A DNA stretch of 64,000 nucleotides from a virus, in IMG/VR virus record IMGVR_UViG_2899815622_000003, positions 1,546 through 65,545 of that record; one strand, written 5' to 3'. Below are positions 9,633-18,561 of the stretch, one piece after another (within the stretch, counting starts at the first letter, position 1; each line of letters begins with the position of its first letter). The notes beneath the pieces were generated by a model that searched no databases, was not told where the DNA came from, and saw only the letters and a list, made by a program, of their open reading frames with translations. Position numbers and translations under genes: made by a program.

Positions 9633-9978
9633 AAAGCCACTATGTCATTGTTTTAATTGATCTTTTCGCGATAATCGAACCTATCGCATGATACGATACA
9701 GCCCATTTGCACGCTATTGAGACGCATTGAGACAGTGACGCCAGCTCAACAGACGCACGGACGCATTGAGACGCACACGCCTAGTTGCCGTGTATCGTCG
9801 ATGCACAGTAAAACGTATCATTGATGAGGTAAGCAGGAAGGCGGGCTGCAATGGCCCTCATTGTATCCGGCTGCAGCAAACCAGGCCCAACGGACTAACT
9901 TTCACTTTTAATGTGAATTACTCTTGCGCTTCGTATGTTTCACGTTTAGATTGGAATTATCGAAACGGAGACGCACCA

Positions 9979-10596
9979 ATGACCGATTTCTGGACACGCT
10001 TTAATGAAATGGCCGCTGCAGCCGAATTGACGGATACAGGCAAGCTGTTTGCCGCTTCCAATTTCCATGTCGGCCACAATGGTGGCGGCACGTCCGCATG
10101 GGAACGGCAGGTAGGCGAAACCGGCTGGAAAGTGCTTATCACTGACATAGGTGGTTGCGACCATGTATCAGAGGACGGCACATGGATTGTCGGCGCGCAT
10201 AATGACAATGGTGACTATGTGGATCGTTGTGTAGAGGCGGCAACTGTTGCCGAAGCCTTGGCAGCGGCGGACGCATTCGATCTTGCTCTAGGCGGTCACG
10301 TCGTGACACCTGCCGCCACAATCGGCGACAAGATTATCCTAGCCCGCGCGTTCGGCAGCAATGTGCAAGAGGAACTAAGCCGCGCCGACTTTCGCGCCGT
10401 TCTAGAGCTAAACCGGAACGACTCCGCTACCTGTCACACACATGACTTTTGCGACGCCAACATGCTCATGCTTGACGCGTTCAAAGTCACTTTCGAGCGG
10501 GAACCGGCATTTCTGACCAATCCCGATGACGGCGAAGATTTGGCCCTCTGGAATGACGCTTGGCAGATTGCCAAGGCTGCAGAATTCTTCGCCTAG
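9979..10596 (+). CDS. Hypothetical early protein
   Basis: GGAG RBS before ATG 9979; CHTHDFCDANMLM motif. Confidence 0.75.
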   Translation: MTDFWTRFNEMAAAAELTDTGKLFAASNFHVGHNGGGTSAWERQVGETGWKVLITDIGGCDHVSEDGTWIVGAHNDNGDYVDRCVEAATVAEALAAADAFDLALGGHVVTPAATIGDKIILARAFGSNVQEELSRADFRAVLELNRNDSATCHTHDFCDANMLMLDAFKVTFEREPAFLTNPDDGEDLALWNDAWQIAKAAEFFA

Positions 10597-10604
10597 GTGT
10601 CGCT

Positions 10605-10697
10605 ATGATCCATCCGCTTTTATTACCGTTCGCCCTCCCTGCCGTGCTGTTAGTCGGGCTTCACACAGGCCAGCTAGTCGCACCGCTTTTTCTGTAA
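10605..10697 (+). CDS. Possible 30-aa hydrophobic peptide
   Basis: MIHPLLLPFALPAVLLVGLHTGQLVAPLFL fills the gap; weak AGGTG RBS. Confidence 0.35.
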   Translation: MIHPLLLPFALPAVLLVGLHTGQLVAPLFL

Positions 10698-10729
10698 CCT
10701 AAGTTTCAACTTAAAAGAGGAATTCAACC

Positions 10730-11671
10730 ATGAACGAGTTATTACTTTCGGCGTACCGCTATCATCGCGCCACGGCGCTTTCGCGTTGGAACCCTACCCG
10801 CCACGGGCTTAAGGGTATTCCGACGACGTTTGCGCTTGCTGCCTTTGCCAAGGCTCGCCGTGACGTTGTGACTTCGGTACGCCGTTATGCATCAAGCCCA
10901 TGGGCAAAGCCCGTCACCAATGGCAGCACGGAAAGCGGTTGCAGGTGGATTGAGAACCCGGCCGCCATGGGCCTCCGTTTCGTCGGATATTGTGACGTTA
11001 TCAGCGACACTATCCGCCATACGGGGTGGTTCACGGACCCGCATCAAGAGGGCAAGATTCGCGGCTGCGTCTATCAACTGCCCGGACGCGGCGGCAAGGC
11101 GCGCTTTGTGGCCGCCCATGACAATGAGGACAACGGCGCGGCAGATTGCGGCGGTCCTGCATATGTCGACTTTTCGACCATCTACCGGTCCGACTTCGTA
11201 GCAGAAATGCGTTCCGCTTTGCGCGATATAGGCAAGCGTCATCAGACTCCCGCCATGCTGAACCCCGGCTATTGGGCTGAATCCGCTCATGCGACGGCGA
11301 AGAAAGAAGCCGCAATCGGCGCCGACATTTTTGCAGAGTCGGCAGCGGAAAAGGAACGCGAATATGCGACCGCATGGCAAGCCGGTTCCCAATATGCCGG
11401 TTGCCTTCAGGAACTGGCCGCTATCCGTGAGTCGGTTCGCCAGACTATCCGCGACATGAAAGGGGCTTGTGCCACGTTGCGCGCCCTGCCCGATAGCCTG
11501 AAAGCCCGGCTGCGTTCATCCATCAAAGCTGAATTGAGCGAACGGGAAACCATTTTCCAGCGCATGGAACGCCTTAAAGACGGCGAAGCGGACTCGCTTT
11601 GTTTTTGGCCGGGCGACAAACACCTTCGGGCAGCATTCAACGAAGGCGCGGGCTGCGTCGTTTTGCGCTAA
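10730..11671 (+). CDS. Hypothetical protein
   Basis: 313-aa ORF; GAGG RBS inside operator-like motif. Confidence 0.8.
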   Translation: MNELLLSAYRYHRATALSRWNPTRHGLKGIPTTFALAAFAKARRDVVTSVRRYASSPWAKPVTNGSTESGCRWIENPAAMGLRFVGYCDVISDTIRHTGWFTDPHQEGKIRGCVYQLPGRGGKARFVAAHDNEDNGAADCGGPAYVDFSTIYRSDFVAEMRSALRDIGKRHQTPAMLNPGYWAESAHATAKKEAAIGADIFAESAAEKEREYATAWQAGSQYAGCLQELAAIRESVRQTIRDMKGACATLRALPDSLKARLRSSIKAELSERETIFQRMERLKDGEADSLCFWPGDKHLRAAFNEGAGCVVLR

Positions 11672-11699
11672 CTTTCACGTTTTAAGAGGAATTATTGAC

Positions 11700-12293
11700 A
11701 TGGTCAAATACGTATCTGACACAAAAGCGGGCAAGAGCATTTCCGCTTACATCATCCTCAATAAAAAGGGTGAACATGTTGCAACCGTTAAGGCGCATTT
11801 CAGCGACGGCGGCACGTGCCTTGTAAATGTTCATGACGACAAGGCCGGTTTCCAGCGCGGGACAGCCAGCGGCTTCGGCTATGACAAATTCACAAGTGCG
11901 TTGTCCGGCCTTACGATTGACGGCCACGAATTGACCGGCCATTGCAGCCGCGACGGCGCGCCTAAGCCTCCAAAAGGTCGCAAGACATTCCCGCACGATG
12001 TAAAGCCGCGCAAAGGGTACTCTTTCGCCAATTATACCACTATCAGCCGTGAAACCGGCAATACGATCTACCGGGATGAATGGATCAAGCGGGCATATGA
12101 GGAACTTGGAATTGCCGACGCCAGCAACGACGAGAAGAACGCACGCTGGAATGAAGTTGCCGAAAAGGCGCACGACTTAGAAACTACGTGGCGCAAGTCG
12201 GAAGATTGTGAAGCCGGTTATTCAAGTTGCTTTCGACTCTCCGGTCTCGATTATCTGAAAGCCCTTAGTTATCGCGTCATTCAGGCAATTTAG
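11700..12293 (+). CDS. Hypothetical protein
   Basis: 197-aa ORF; GAGG RBS; ASGFGYDK motif. Confidence 0.8.
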   Translation: MVKYVSDTKAGKSISAYIILNKKGEHVATVKAHFSDGGTCLVNVHDDKAGFQRGTASGFGYDKFTSALSGLTIDGHELTGHCSRDGAPKPPKGRKTFPHDVKPRKGYSFANYTTISRETGNTIYRDEWIKRAYEELGIADASNDEKNARWNEVAEKAHDLETTWRKSEDCEAGYSSCFRLSGLDYLKALSYRVIQAI

Positions 12294-12330
12294 TTCCGCC
12301 TTGCTTTTCACGTTTTAAGAGGAATTCACT

Positions 12331-12798
12331 ATGCAGACTATTCGAGTCTATACCGGCGCCATGCCTGAAACGCCGCTCTTTTCCGTTTACCTTTGCGCCT
12401 TGCGCGGTGCGAAAGCCTTAAAGGTCCTCATTCAGGCGGAACCCGGCAAGCCGCATCGGCATGCCAGTGACAACGCCATGGCATTGGCCCTCAAAACACA
12501 AGACGCGCCAGAAAGCGCATTTGTCGCCGTCTACCATGAGAACGTAACGCCAGACGCTTCCAGCCGTTACGGCGCACCCATGGGCAGGATATCGGGCAAC
12601 TTGGATCATTCCGATTATTCGCTATGGCGGGCGAAAGCAGTTCCACTCAATAGCGGCGGATATGATCGCGGCGGCGCGTACTGGGGGCTTAGACCGCGTG
12701 GGCAGCGGCTGTTTTCCGTTCAAGACGGCATGGGAAATGTTGCTTTCGTTGATGCACGCGACGGCAAAGCCGCAATCGAAATTGCCAAGGGGGAATGA
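12331..12798 (+). CDS. Hypothetical protein
   Basis: 155-aa ORF; GAGG RBS; YGAPMGR and LNSGGYDRGGAYWG motifs. Confidence 0.8.
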   Translation: MQTIRVYTGAMPETPLFSVYLCALRGAKALKVLIQAEPGKPHRHASDNAMALALKTQDAPESAFVAVYHENVTPDASSRYGAPMGRISGNLDHSDYSLWRAKAVPLNSGGYDRGGAYWGLRPRGQRLFSVQDGMGNVAFVDARDGKAAIEIAKGE

Positions 12799-13031
12799 CG
12801 CACATGTTTGACAATTCCACCCGTGCCGCATGGGCAAGCGGTTGTATTCAAACCCATGCATTCGCCACGCGCTCACAAGGCGAGAACTCCGCAACACAAG
12901 CCCGCGACCTTGTCGGCAACGTCTGGCACTTCTTGCGGCTTGAATGCGGAATGACACCTGAAGCCGCAACCGCTCAAATTGAAATGGCGCTCGAAATGGC
13001 CCGGCAAGAATACCAGGAAGACAAGGATTGA
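12795..13031 (+). CDS. Hypothetical protein
   Basis: ATGA overlap with the previous gene. Confidence 0.7.
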   Translation: MTHMFDNSTRAAWASGCIQTHAFATRSQGENSATQARDLVGNVWHFLRLECGMTPEAATAQIEMALEMARQEYQEDKD

Positions 13032-13034
13032 GCC

Positions 13035-13256
13035 ATGAAACATGTAACTTGGCATATCGCAAACTTCGCTATCACCTCATACGGCAACGGGCTGGCCTAT
13101 GCCGTCACCAATGAAGCGGACGGACGCGAATTCTTTTTGCAGGGCGACGACGCCACCACATGGCGCGACCAATATGACGCAGCGGACGAGTCGAGCGACG
13201 AAACAGCCCTGCCCGCCTTCCTTCACCAAAGCATGAGCGACTACGCCACGGCGTGA
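13035..13256 (+). CDS. Hypothetical protein
   Basis: Tightly packed ORF in operon. Confidence 0.7.
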   Translation: MKHVTWHIANFAITSYGNGLAYAVTNEADGREFFLQGDDATTWRDQYDAADESSDETALPAFLHQSMSDYATA

Positions 13257-13318
13257 CGTTCCTTGAACGGCTGGCGCAATCCGGCCGTTGCGGGAATTTC
13301 ACGACAAGGAGTCCCATC

Positions 13319-13495
13319 ATGACAGAAAAACCGAAGGGTGAAGACTGGAAACAATATGTTTGCGTCAACGCCACAGCCGCCCCTTATCTAAAAGCCGGTG
13401 AAACCTATTGGCTTAGAAAGGTTCGAAACGGCTGGCTCGAGGATACCGGACTTTCGCGGTTCGCTACCTTTCGTTTTGAAGAGGTGCCCGCATGA
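13319..13495 (+). CDS. Hypothetical protein
   Basis: AGGAG RBS; ATGA overlap with next gene. Confidence 0.6.
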   Translation: MTEKPKGEDWKQYVCVNATAAPYLKAGETYWLRKVRNGWLEDTGLSRFATFRFEEVPA

Positions 13496-14667
13496 CTTAT
13501 GCACTCCCTATCGGACCCGGCGCACAGATTCCCTATCGGTATCTGTCGCGCCATGTCGGCATTTTCGGCGCCACGGGCACGGGTAAAACCACGACGCTAG
13601 GAGCGATCGCGGAACGCTGCCCGTGTCCGGTTTTGGTGCTGGATGCGAAAGGCGACTTGGAGTCGCTAGGCTCATCTCTCATATGCCCGCAAATGCGCAT
13701 CGATGATTTGGGGGCGGACTTGATTGCACGCGCCTTGAACCTGTCGGAAGCGCAAGCGGGCGCATTGGCTATTGCTCTTGCATGGGCTGAAGATACAGGT
13801 CGCGCCGTTGCCACGTTGCAGGACTTGCGCCAGCTCTTGAACGACGCCACACGGGCGAACCTTTCCGATTCCTATGGCCTGATATCACCTGTTTCCGTTG
13901 CTGCCGTTCAACGCGCCATGTTGCGACTCGAGCGCGGGGCGGGATGGGCTTTCGGCGGTGCACGACACGATCCAAGGGACACGGCAGGCATAACCGTTTA
14001 TGCCGCGTCAGAGCTAACCCACCTGCCCGGCCTCTATGGCGCGTTTGTCGCTCATGTGCTGGATTCGCTTTACCGTGGACTCGGTGAAATTGGCGACGCT
14101 GGCACACCTGGACTCATGGTCTTGATAGATGAGGCCCATCTAGTTTTCGACGGCGCAAGCCCTGCCATTGTGCAACGTATCGAACAAATCACGCGGCTTA
14201 TTCGATCCAAGGGAGTCGGCCTGATTTATGTCACGCAAGCGCCGTCCGATTTGCCGCATGTGATTAGCGGACAATTGGCGACCCGGATCCAGCACGCCTT
14301 GCGCGGGGCGACTCCAGTTCACCAAAAGGCATTGAAGGCAGCGGCTGATACCATGCCGGGCAATATCACGGCTGCCGACATTGCAGGACTCGCAACAGGG
14401 CAAGCAATCGTTTCGGTTCCGAACGCCAGCGGCGCACCAATGCCGGCTCGCAAGGTTGCCGTGTCGCGCGGCTCCAAACCGCTGCATAGCGTGGGTGTCG
14501 CGCGGCCTGCCGTTCAACTGGCAACCGTGCCGACTGTCTCGAGCGAAGCCGTCTATGCTCCGGACGTTGGACGATGGGATAGGTTGCGCGGCAAGTGGTA
14601 TTTCTGGCCGTCGGCAATCGCCATTGCTTTGTACGGTTTTGCGGCGATATCTAACGCAATGAGTTAG
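13492..14667 (+). CDS. HerA-like P-loop ATPase (DUF853/YjgR-like) with C-terminal hydrophobic anchor
   Basis: GATGTGKT, VLDAKGDL, LIDEAHLVF, RLIRSKGVGLIYVTQ, RIQHALR; hydrophobic C-terminus WYFWPSAIAIALYGFAAI. Confidence 0.85.
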   Translation: MTYALPIGPGAQIPYRYLSRHVGIFGATGTGKTTTLGAIAERCPCPVLVLDAKGDLESLGSSLICPQMRIDDLGADLIARALNLSEAQAGALAIALAWAEDTGRAVATLQDLRQLLNDATRANLSDSYGLISPVSVAAVQRAMLRLERGAGWAFGGARHDPRDTAGITVYAASELTHLPGLYGAFVAHVLDSLYRGLGEIGDAGTPGLMVLIDEAHLVFDGASPAIVQRIEQITRLIRSKGVGLIYVTQAPSDLPHVISGQLATRIQHALRGATPVHQKALKAAADTMPGNITAADIAGLATGQAIVSVPNASGAPMPARKVAVSRGSKPLHSVGVARPAVQLATVPTVSSEAVYAPDVGRWDRLRGKWYFWPSAIAIALYGFAAISNAMS

Positions 14668-14703
14668 GAGTCGGCACGGCTAGGACCAACATTGCTTTGA
14701 TTG

Positions 14704-14729
14704 AACCCGCCCACCGTGGCGGGTTTTTT
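14704..14729 (+). terminator. Rho-independent terminator
   Basis: AACCCGCCCAC-C-GTGGCGGGTT hairpin followed by T run. Confidence 0.8.
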
Positions 14730-14733
14730 GTTG

Positions 14734-14774
14734 CCTGCCGCCCTGCCGCCCTGCCGCCCTGCCGCCCTGCCGCC
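14734..14774. repeat. 8-bp tandem repeat (CCCTGCCG), about 5 copies
   Basis: Read directly from sequence. Confidence 0.9.
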
Positions 14775-14874
14775 GAGTGTGGCTATGCGTAATGTTATTA
14801 CATATCAAGCGAAAATCAGACCAATCCCGTAGATTTTCAGTCGATCCGCTGGTCGAGGTCGACCTATACCCCCT

Positions 14875-14943
14875 CGGAGAAAATCAGACCCCGGAGAAAT
14901 CTCAACAGGTGCCGGCCTCGGAGAAATCTATACGTCGGAGAAA
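14875..14943. repeat. Four spaced CGGAGAAA direct repeats
   Basis: Read directly from sequence. Confidence 0.75.
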
Positions 14944-15009
14944 TAGAGCTTCCAGCCAAAAACCAAATCGAATACGTTGCGCGCTCGATCCGTGGACGTG
15001 GGGGTGAGG

Positions 15010-15375
15010 ATGTTTTTGCGCAGCACTACGGTCATTTTCCTGGCGTTGAATGCGACTGCTTACGCAGCTGAGATCGATAGTGAGCAGGAGCAACAGATCA
15101 AGCAGGCTGTGAAGGGTGTCTTGAAGGATCCGGATTCCGCGCAGTTCAAGGATTTTCAGCGCGGCCGGCATCGCGGATACGCCAGCGAGGATCGCAATGC
15201 AGCGAGCTATGTGTGCGGCTTCGTGAATGCGAAGAACTCGCTTGGCGGTTATACCGGATACGCACCATTCTCCTACGACACTCGCTCAGGTGCGGTTGAA
15301 ATCTACCAGGTTAACGGTTTCGGCACGTGGGAAGGTAAAACTGGAAACTGCGATTATACACTTGGGCTGCTTTGA
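15010..15375 (+). CDS. Exported protein (moron-like)
   Basis: Signal peptide; LKDPDSAQF and VCGFVNAKNSLGGYTG motifs. Confidence 0.75.
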   Translation: MFLRSTTVIFLALNATAYAAEIDSEQEQQIKQAVKGVLKDPDSAQFKDFQRGRHRGYASEDRNAASYVCGFVNAKNSLGGYTGYAPFSYDTRSGAVEIYQVNGFGTWEGKTGNCDYTLGLL

Positions 15376-15751
15376 AGGACGTCCCAGAAAAATCGGGACG
15401 TGTTCGCAAATCCACAATTGGAATAGCTATTAGTAATCGCTTATTATCCTGAGCTGCGATTGGGTTCTCTCGGTTGCATTCCAGATTGTTGTCCCATCGC
15501 AACAATAATAAAGATTTCGTCCGCACTTCAACCTTTGAGATAGCGCAATCGCTCGAAATGCGTTGGAAACATTGGAGTTCGCGTTAAACCGTTAATGATC
15601 AGCGTTACATTTTGGAATTGCATAACAATCAACAAAAAGTTGACTGGGTCGGCGTTTTGAATTACATAATTGGCATGCAAATGAGCAAAGGCGTTTGCGG
15701 AACCATAATTGTAGGTTCCCGTTTGCTCGTGGAAATGCAAGGAGAAGCATC

Positions 15752-15922
15752 ATGGTAGCACTGCTGAAGGAAGATGGCGAGTTCACTCCCATGCCCGTCG
15801 TGCGCGACACCACCATGCTTAAGCAGTTGTTGGACTCTATGGAATCGAAAACGGCTGCTCCATCGGGACTCGTATCTGCTATTCGTACAGCTAGAATAAA
15901 GTACGCTGTCGTTTCTAAGTAA
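15752..15922 (+). CDS. Putative short antitoxin (56 aa)
   Basis: AGGAGA RBS; ends 6 nt upstream of GNAT gene; C-terminus resembles the DUF1778/TacA tail. Confidence 0.5.
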   Translation: MVALLKEDGEFTPMPVVRDTTMLKQLLDSMESKTAAPSGLVSAIRTARIKYAVVSK

Positions 15923-15928
15923 GCATTT

Positions 15929-16453
15929 ATGTCGCAAATCGTTATCAATTTCGAGCCTCTCGATGGTCACCCGCGAGAGGCTTTTGCTTGCAAGTTTCGT
16001 CCAATCCAACATTTCTTTCGAAAACACGCTGAGGAAAATCATACTTCCTATACGCAGCGTGTTTTTGTGGCGTGCCAAGATGGCCAGAACGAACCTCTCG
16101 GTTTTTATAGCCTTACCCTTATGACGTTTCAGGCCGGCATGACGGAAGAAACTGAGAAGCGCTACAAGGAACGTCACGTTCCGACCATCTACCTTGGAGC
16201 CATTGCACGCGACAAGAACCTGTCCGATCCGGGTTTTGGAGCCCTCTTGATCGAAGATGTTTTGAAGCGTTGCCTCCTCGTGCGCGAGAACGTTGGCGTC
16301 TATGCGTTAACGCTACATGCGGCTAACAAGGAAGTCGCCGCGATTTACGAAGCTTACGGATTCATTCGATTTGCCAACGGTGAGAGCAAAGACGACATGC
16401 CCGCGATGTTCTTTCCGCTGGACAACGCTGCAGCGGCCCTAAGCGAAGCCTGA
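15929..16453 (+). CDS. GNAT acetyltransferase, TacT/AtaT-like toxin
   Basis: LGFYSL, VPTIYLGAIARD...GFGALLI, LHAAN..AAIYEAYGF, MFFPL. Confidence 0.8.
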   Translation: MSQIVINFEPLDGHPREAFACKFRPIQHFFRKHAEENHTSYTQRVFVACQDGQNEPLGFYSLTLMTFQAGMTEETEKRYKERHVPTIYLGAIARDKNLSDPGFGALLIEDVLKRCLLVRENVGVYALTLHAANKEVAAIYEAYGFIRFANGESKDDMPAMFFPLDNAAAALSEA

Positions 16454-16576
16454 CTCGTTACCACGGGAGGTAACCACCTCAGAGAAATCTCAATAAATTT
16501 CACTTCTCAGTTGACTTACGTTTAATTCGTGCAATATTGCTCACTAAACGTGAAACACAAAGGAGACGTGACTACG

Positions 16577-16798
16577 ATGAGACGATTGATGTTTTCCGCA
16601 GCAACTGCCCTGCTTGCATCCATAGGTTCCGCTATCGACCTCGCACGCAGTCTTCCGATAGTCCCGCTGCACCGGACGGCTGATTTCCGCCGACCGAAGA
16701 CTCGTCGCACCGGACGGAAGTACCCGCATTCTTCCAAACGTCAGAACACTCGTATTGCTCGTCAGCTCGCGGCTGGCCAGCTCCGCTTTACGTCCTGA
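16577..16798 (+). CDS. Hypothetical basic protein
   Basis: AAGGAG RBS; follows operator-bearing promoter region. Confidence 0.55.
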   Translation: MRRLMFSAATALLASIGSAIDLARSLPIVPLHRTADFRRPKTRRTGRKYPHSSKRQNTRIARQLAAGQLRFTS

Positions 16799-16824
16799 TT
16801 TTCAACTTTTAAGAGGAATTCGCA

Positions 16825-16914
16825 ATGAGCATGCTTCTGTACATCTTCGCAACCAGTGCTCTGACCGCATTCCTCTTCAGCGTGCTCGTCGGTCGTTTCG
16901 AGAGGGATAAATGA
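16825..16914 (+). CDS. 29-aa membrane peptide
   Basis: GAGG RBS; MSMLLYIFATSALTAFLFSVLVGRFERDK. Confidence 0.5.
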   Translation: MSMLLYIFATSALTAFLFSVLVGRFERDK

Positions 16915-17087
16915 TGACTTTCTCCCGTGATGTCGAAATTGCGAGATTATCTCACGACCGAGCCACCGCGAATTTCGAGCTGCAATGCGTTGAAGTCGAC
17001 CGCATCACTGCCGCGATCAACAGCACGGTGAGTTTACTCCTATCCCTCTCGATCACAGCGGCGGCCTCGCTTTTGGGGCTGCTATGA
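16914..17087 (+). CDS. Small protein with C-terminal hydrophobic helix
   Basis: Translationally coupled at both ends (TGATG and ATGA overlaps). Confidence 0.5.
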   Translation: MTFSRDVEIARLSHDRATANFELQCVEVDRITAAINSTVSLLLSLSITAAASLLGLL

Positions 17088-17488
17088 GACCTGAGCCCAA
17101 GACCGCCGAAGAATTGCTGGCCCACTATGCTGCTGTGCGTCGTCGCATCTACGGCGCACCGAAAGTTGTGAATATCGCCGCAAAGCCGAAGCCAGCGCCA
17201 GCGAGACCGAGCGGGCTGACATCGAAGGAACGAGTGTTGGCACTGTTTTGCCGGCGCACCGGCCTTTCGGAAGAGGTGATCGTCTCGCAAAGCACGCAGC
17301 AGCGCATCGTTCTCATTCGACAGGCCTGCTTCTACTGGATGGTGCGCAGAACCTCGTCCAGCCTCGTCGAGATCGGAAGATTCATCGGAGGCCGGGATCA
17401 CACAACCGTTCGCCACGGCATTCGTCAGTACCCGGCGAAGCGCAAGGCCGTTGGCCGCAACCTCAGACCGGTGCGGAGCATACGATGA
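17084..17488 (+). CDS. DnaA domain IV-like HTH protein
   Basis: RQACFY..RRTSSSLVEIGRFIGGRDHTTVRHG matches the DnaA C-terminal signature. Confidence 0.8.
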   Translation: MRPEPKTAEELLAHYAAVRRRIYGAPKVVNIAAKPKPAPARPSGLTSKERVLALFCRRTGLSEEVIVSQSTQQRIVLIRQACFYWMVRRTSSSLVEIGRFIGGRDHTTVRHGIRQYPAKRKAVGRNLRPVRSIR

Positions 17489-17523
17489 CTTCCAACCGAC
17501 AATTCAACCCAACAGGAGACAAC

Positions 17524-18390
17524 ATGAAGAAGCTTTTCATCGGAGCGGCGCTCGCGTTCGCTTGCATGTTCACCAGTCCCGCTGCGGCTCTCACACTTTG
17601 CACAGGTGCCGCAGACCAGCCCTACGCCGCAGCAGGTGAAATGATCCGCGCAGAAGCGAAAGGAGCAGGCCTGACCGTTGACGTTGTCAAAGACACGGGC
17701 GGCACCTGGGGCAACATCCAGCTCAGCCTTCAGGGTAAATGCGATGCGTTCGTGGGGCAGCCTGACGGACTGGCCTATCTCAAGCGCACCGAGCCTGCCA
17801 ATGCCGCCAAGTTCGTACCCGTCGCCGATCTGCATCGCGAATATCTGCACGCGCTCTGCGGCAAGAACTCAGGAGTCGACGACATCGGCGACCTCGAGAG
17901 CGACCCGAAGAAGTATTCGATTGCACTCGGCGAACGTGGGTCGGGCGCTTGGCTCATCTGGCAGAACTTCATTTCGGAAGACGCTGATTATGCTCCGGTC
18001 CGTCAGACTGACGAGTCCGGTGATATTGCACTATCCTCGGTGAGCAACGAGCAGACGACCTGCACGTTGGTGCCGGCCGCGCTCGGCAACACGCTGGTTC
18101 GATCGGCCGACGAGTTCTACGGCGAGAGTCTGGCACTGGTCGGCGTCAATGACCGCGACTTCGACGACGCTGTCGATCCGCAGGGCAAGCCGCTCTACTC
18201 CTACGCGGAAATCCCGAGCAAGACCTACAAGAAGAACCTGCAGGGATGGTTCTCCGACAAGTCGACCCTGACATGGCTGGCGAAGGTCTACGTCAACAAG
18301 GACGCTGTCGCGGACCAGGCTGAACTGAAGACATTCATCCGCTCGGTCATGAAGGCGCGCGGCGGAATCGTCTCCAACTTCGGGAGCTGA
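17524..18390 (+). CDS. Exported solute-binding-fold protein (TAXI/TRAP-like)
   Basis: AGGAG RBS; signal peptide; TG..DQPY, TGGTWGN, DLHREYLH, IALGERGSG. Confidence 0.7.
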   Translation: MKKLFIGAALAFACMFTSPAAALTLCTGAADQPYAAAGEMIRAEAKGAGLTVDVVKDTGGTWGNIQLSLQGKCDAFVGQPDGLAYLKRTEPANAAKFVPVADLHREYLHALCGKNSGVDDIGDLESDPKKYSIALGERGSGAWLIWQNFISEDADYAPVRQTDESGDIALSSVSNEQTTCTLVPAALGNTLVRSADEFYGESLALVGVNDRDFDDAVDPQGKPLYSYAEIPSKTYKKNLQGWFSDKSTLTWLAKVYVNKDAVADQAELKTFIRSVMKARGGIVSNFGS

Positions 18391-18561
18391 CCGTGGTCAT
18401 CGCCATCCTCAACAATCTACCCGATCTGATCCTCGGATTCTGCTGGAGCAGCGTCCTCTTCTATGTCGGCCGGCGCTTCGAGCGCTGGAAGTCGAACTGA
18501 GCCTATTCGGTTTCCGGCAGGTCAGAGATGCCGGTTTCCCAACAGGTTCGCGGAGCAAGCG

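Noticed and set aside
9174..14943. Repeat clusters as a CRISPR array
   Set aside because: Units are 6-8 bp with irregular or no spacers
17248..17523. N-terminal extension of the 380-aa ORF call (likewise extensions of ORFs called from 9766, 24197, 25156, 48963 and 62499)
   Set aside because: Extensions overlap neighbouring genes or regulatory DNA; downstream starts have an RBS or stop-start coupling
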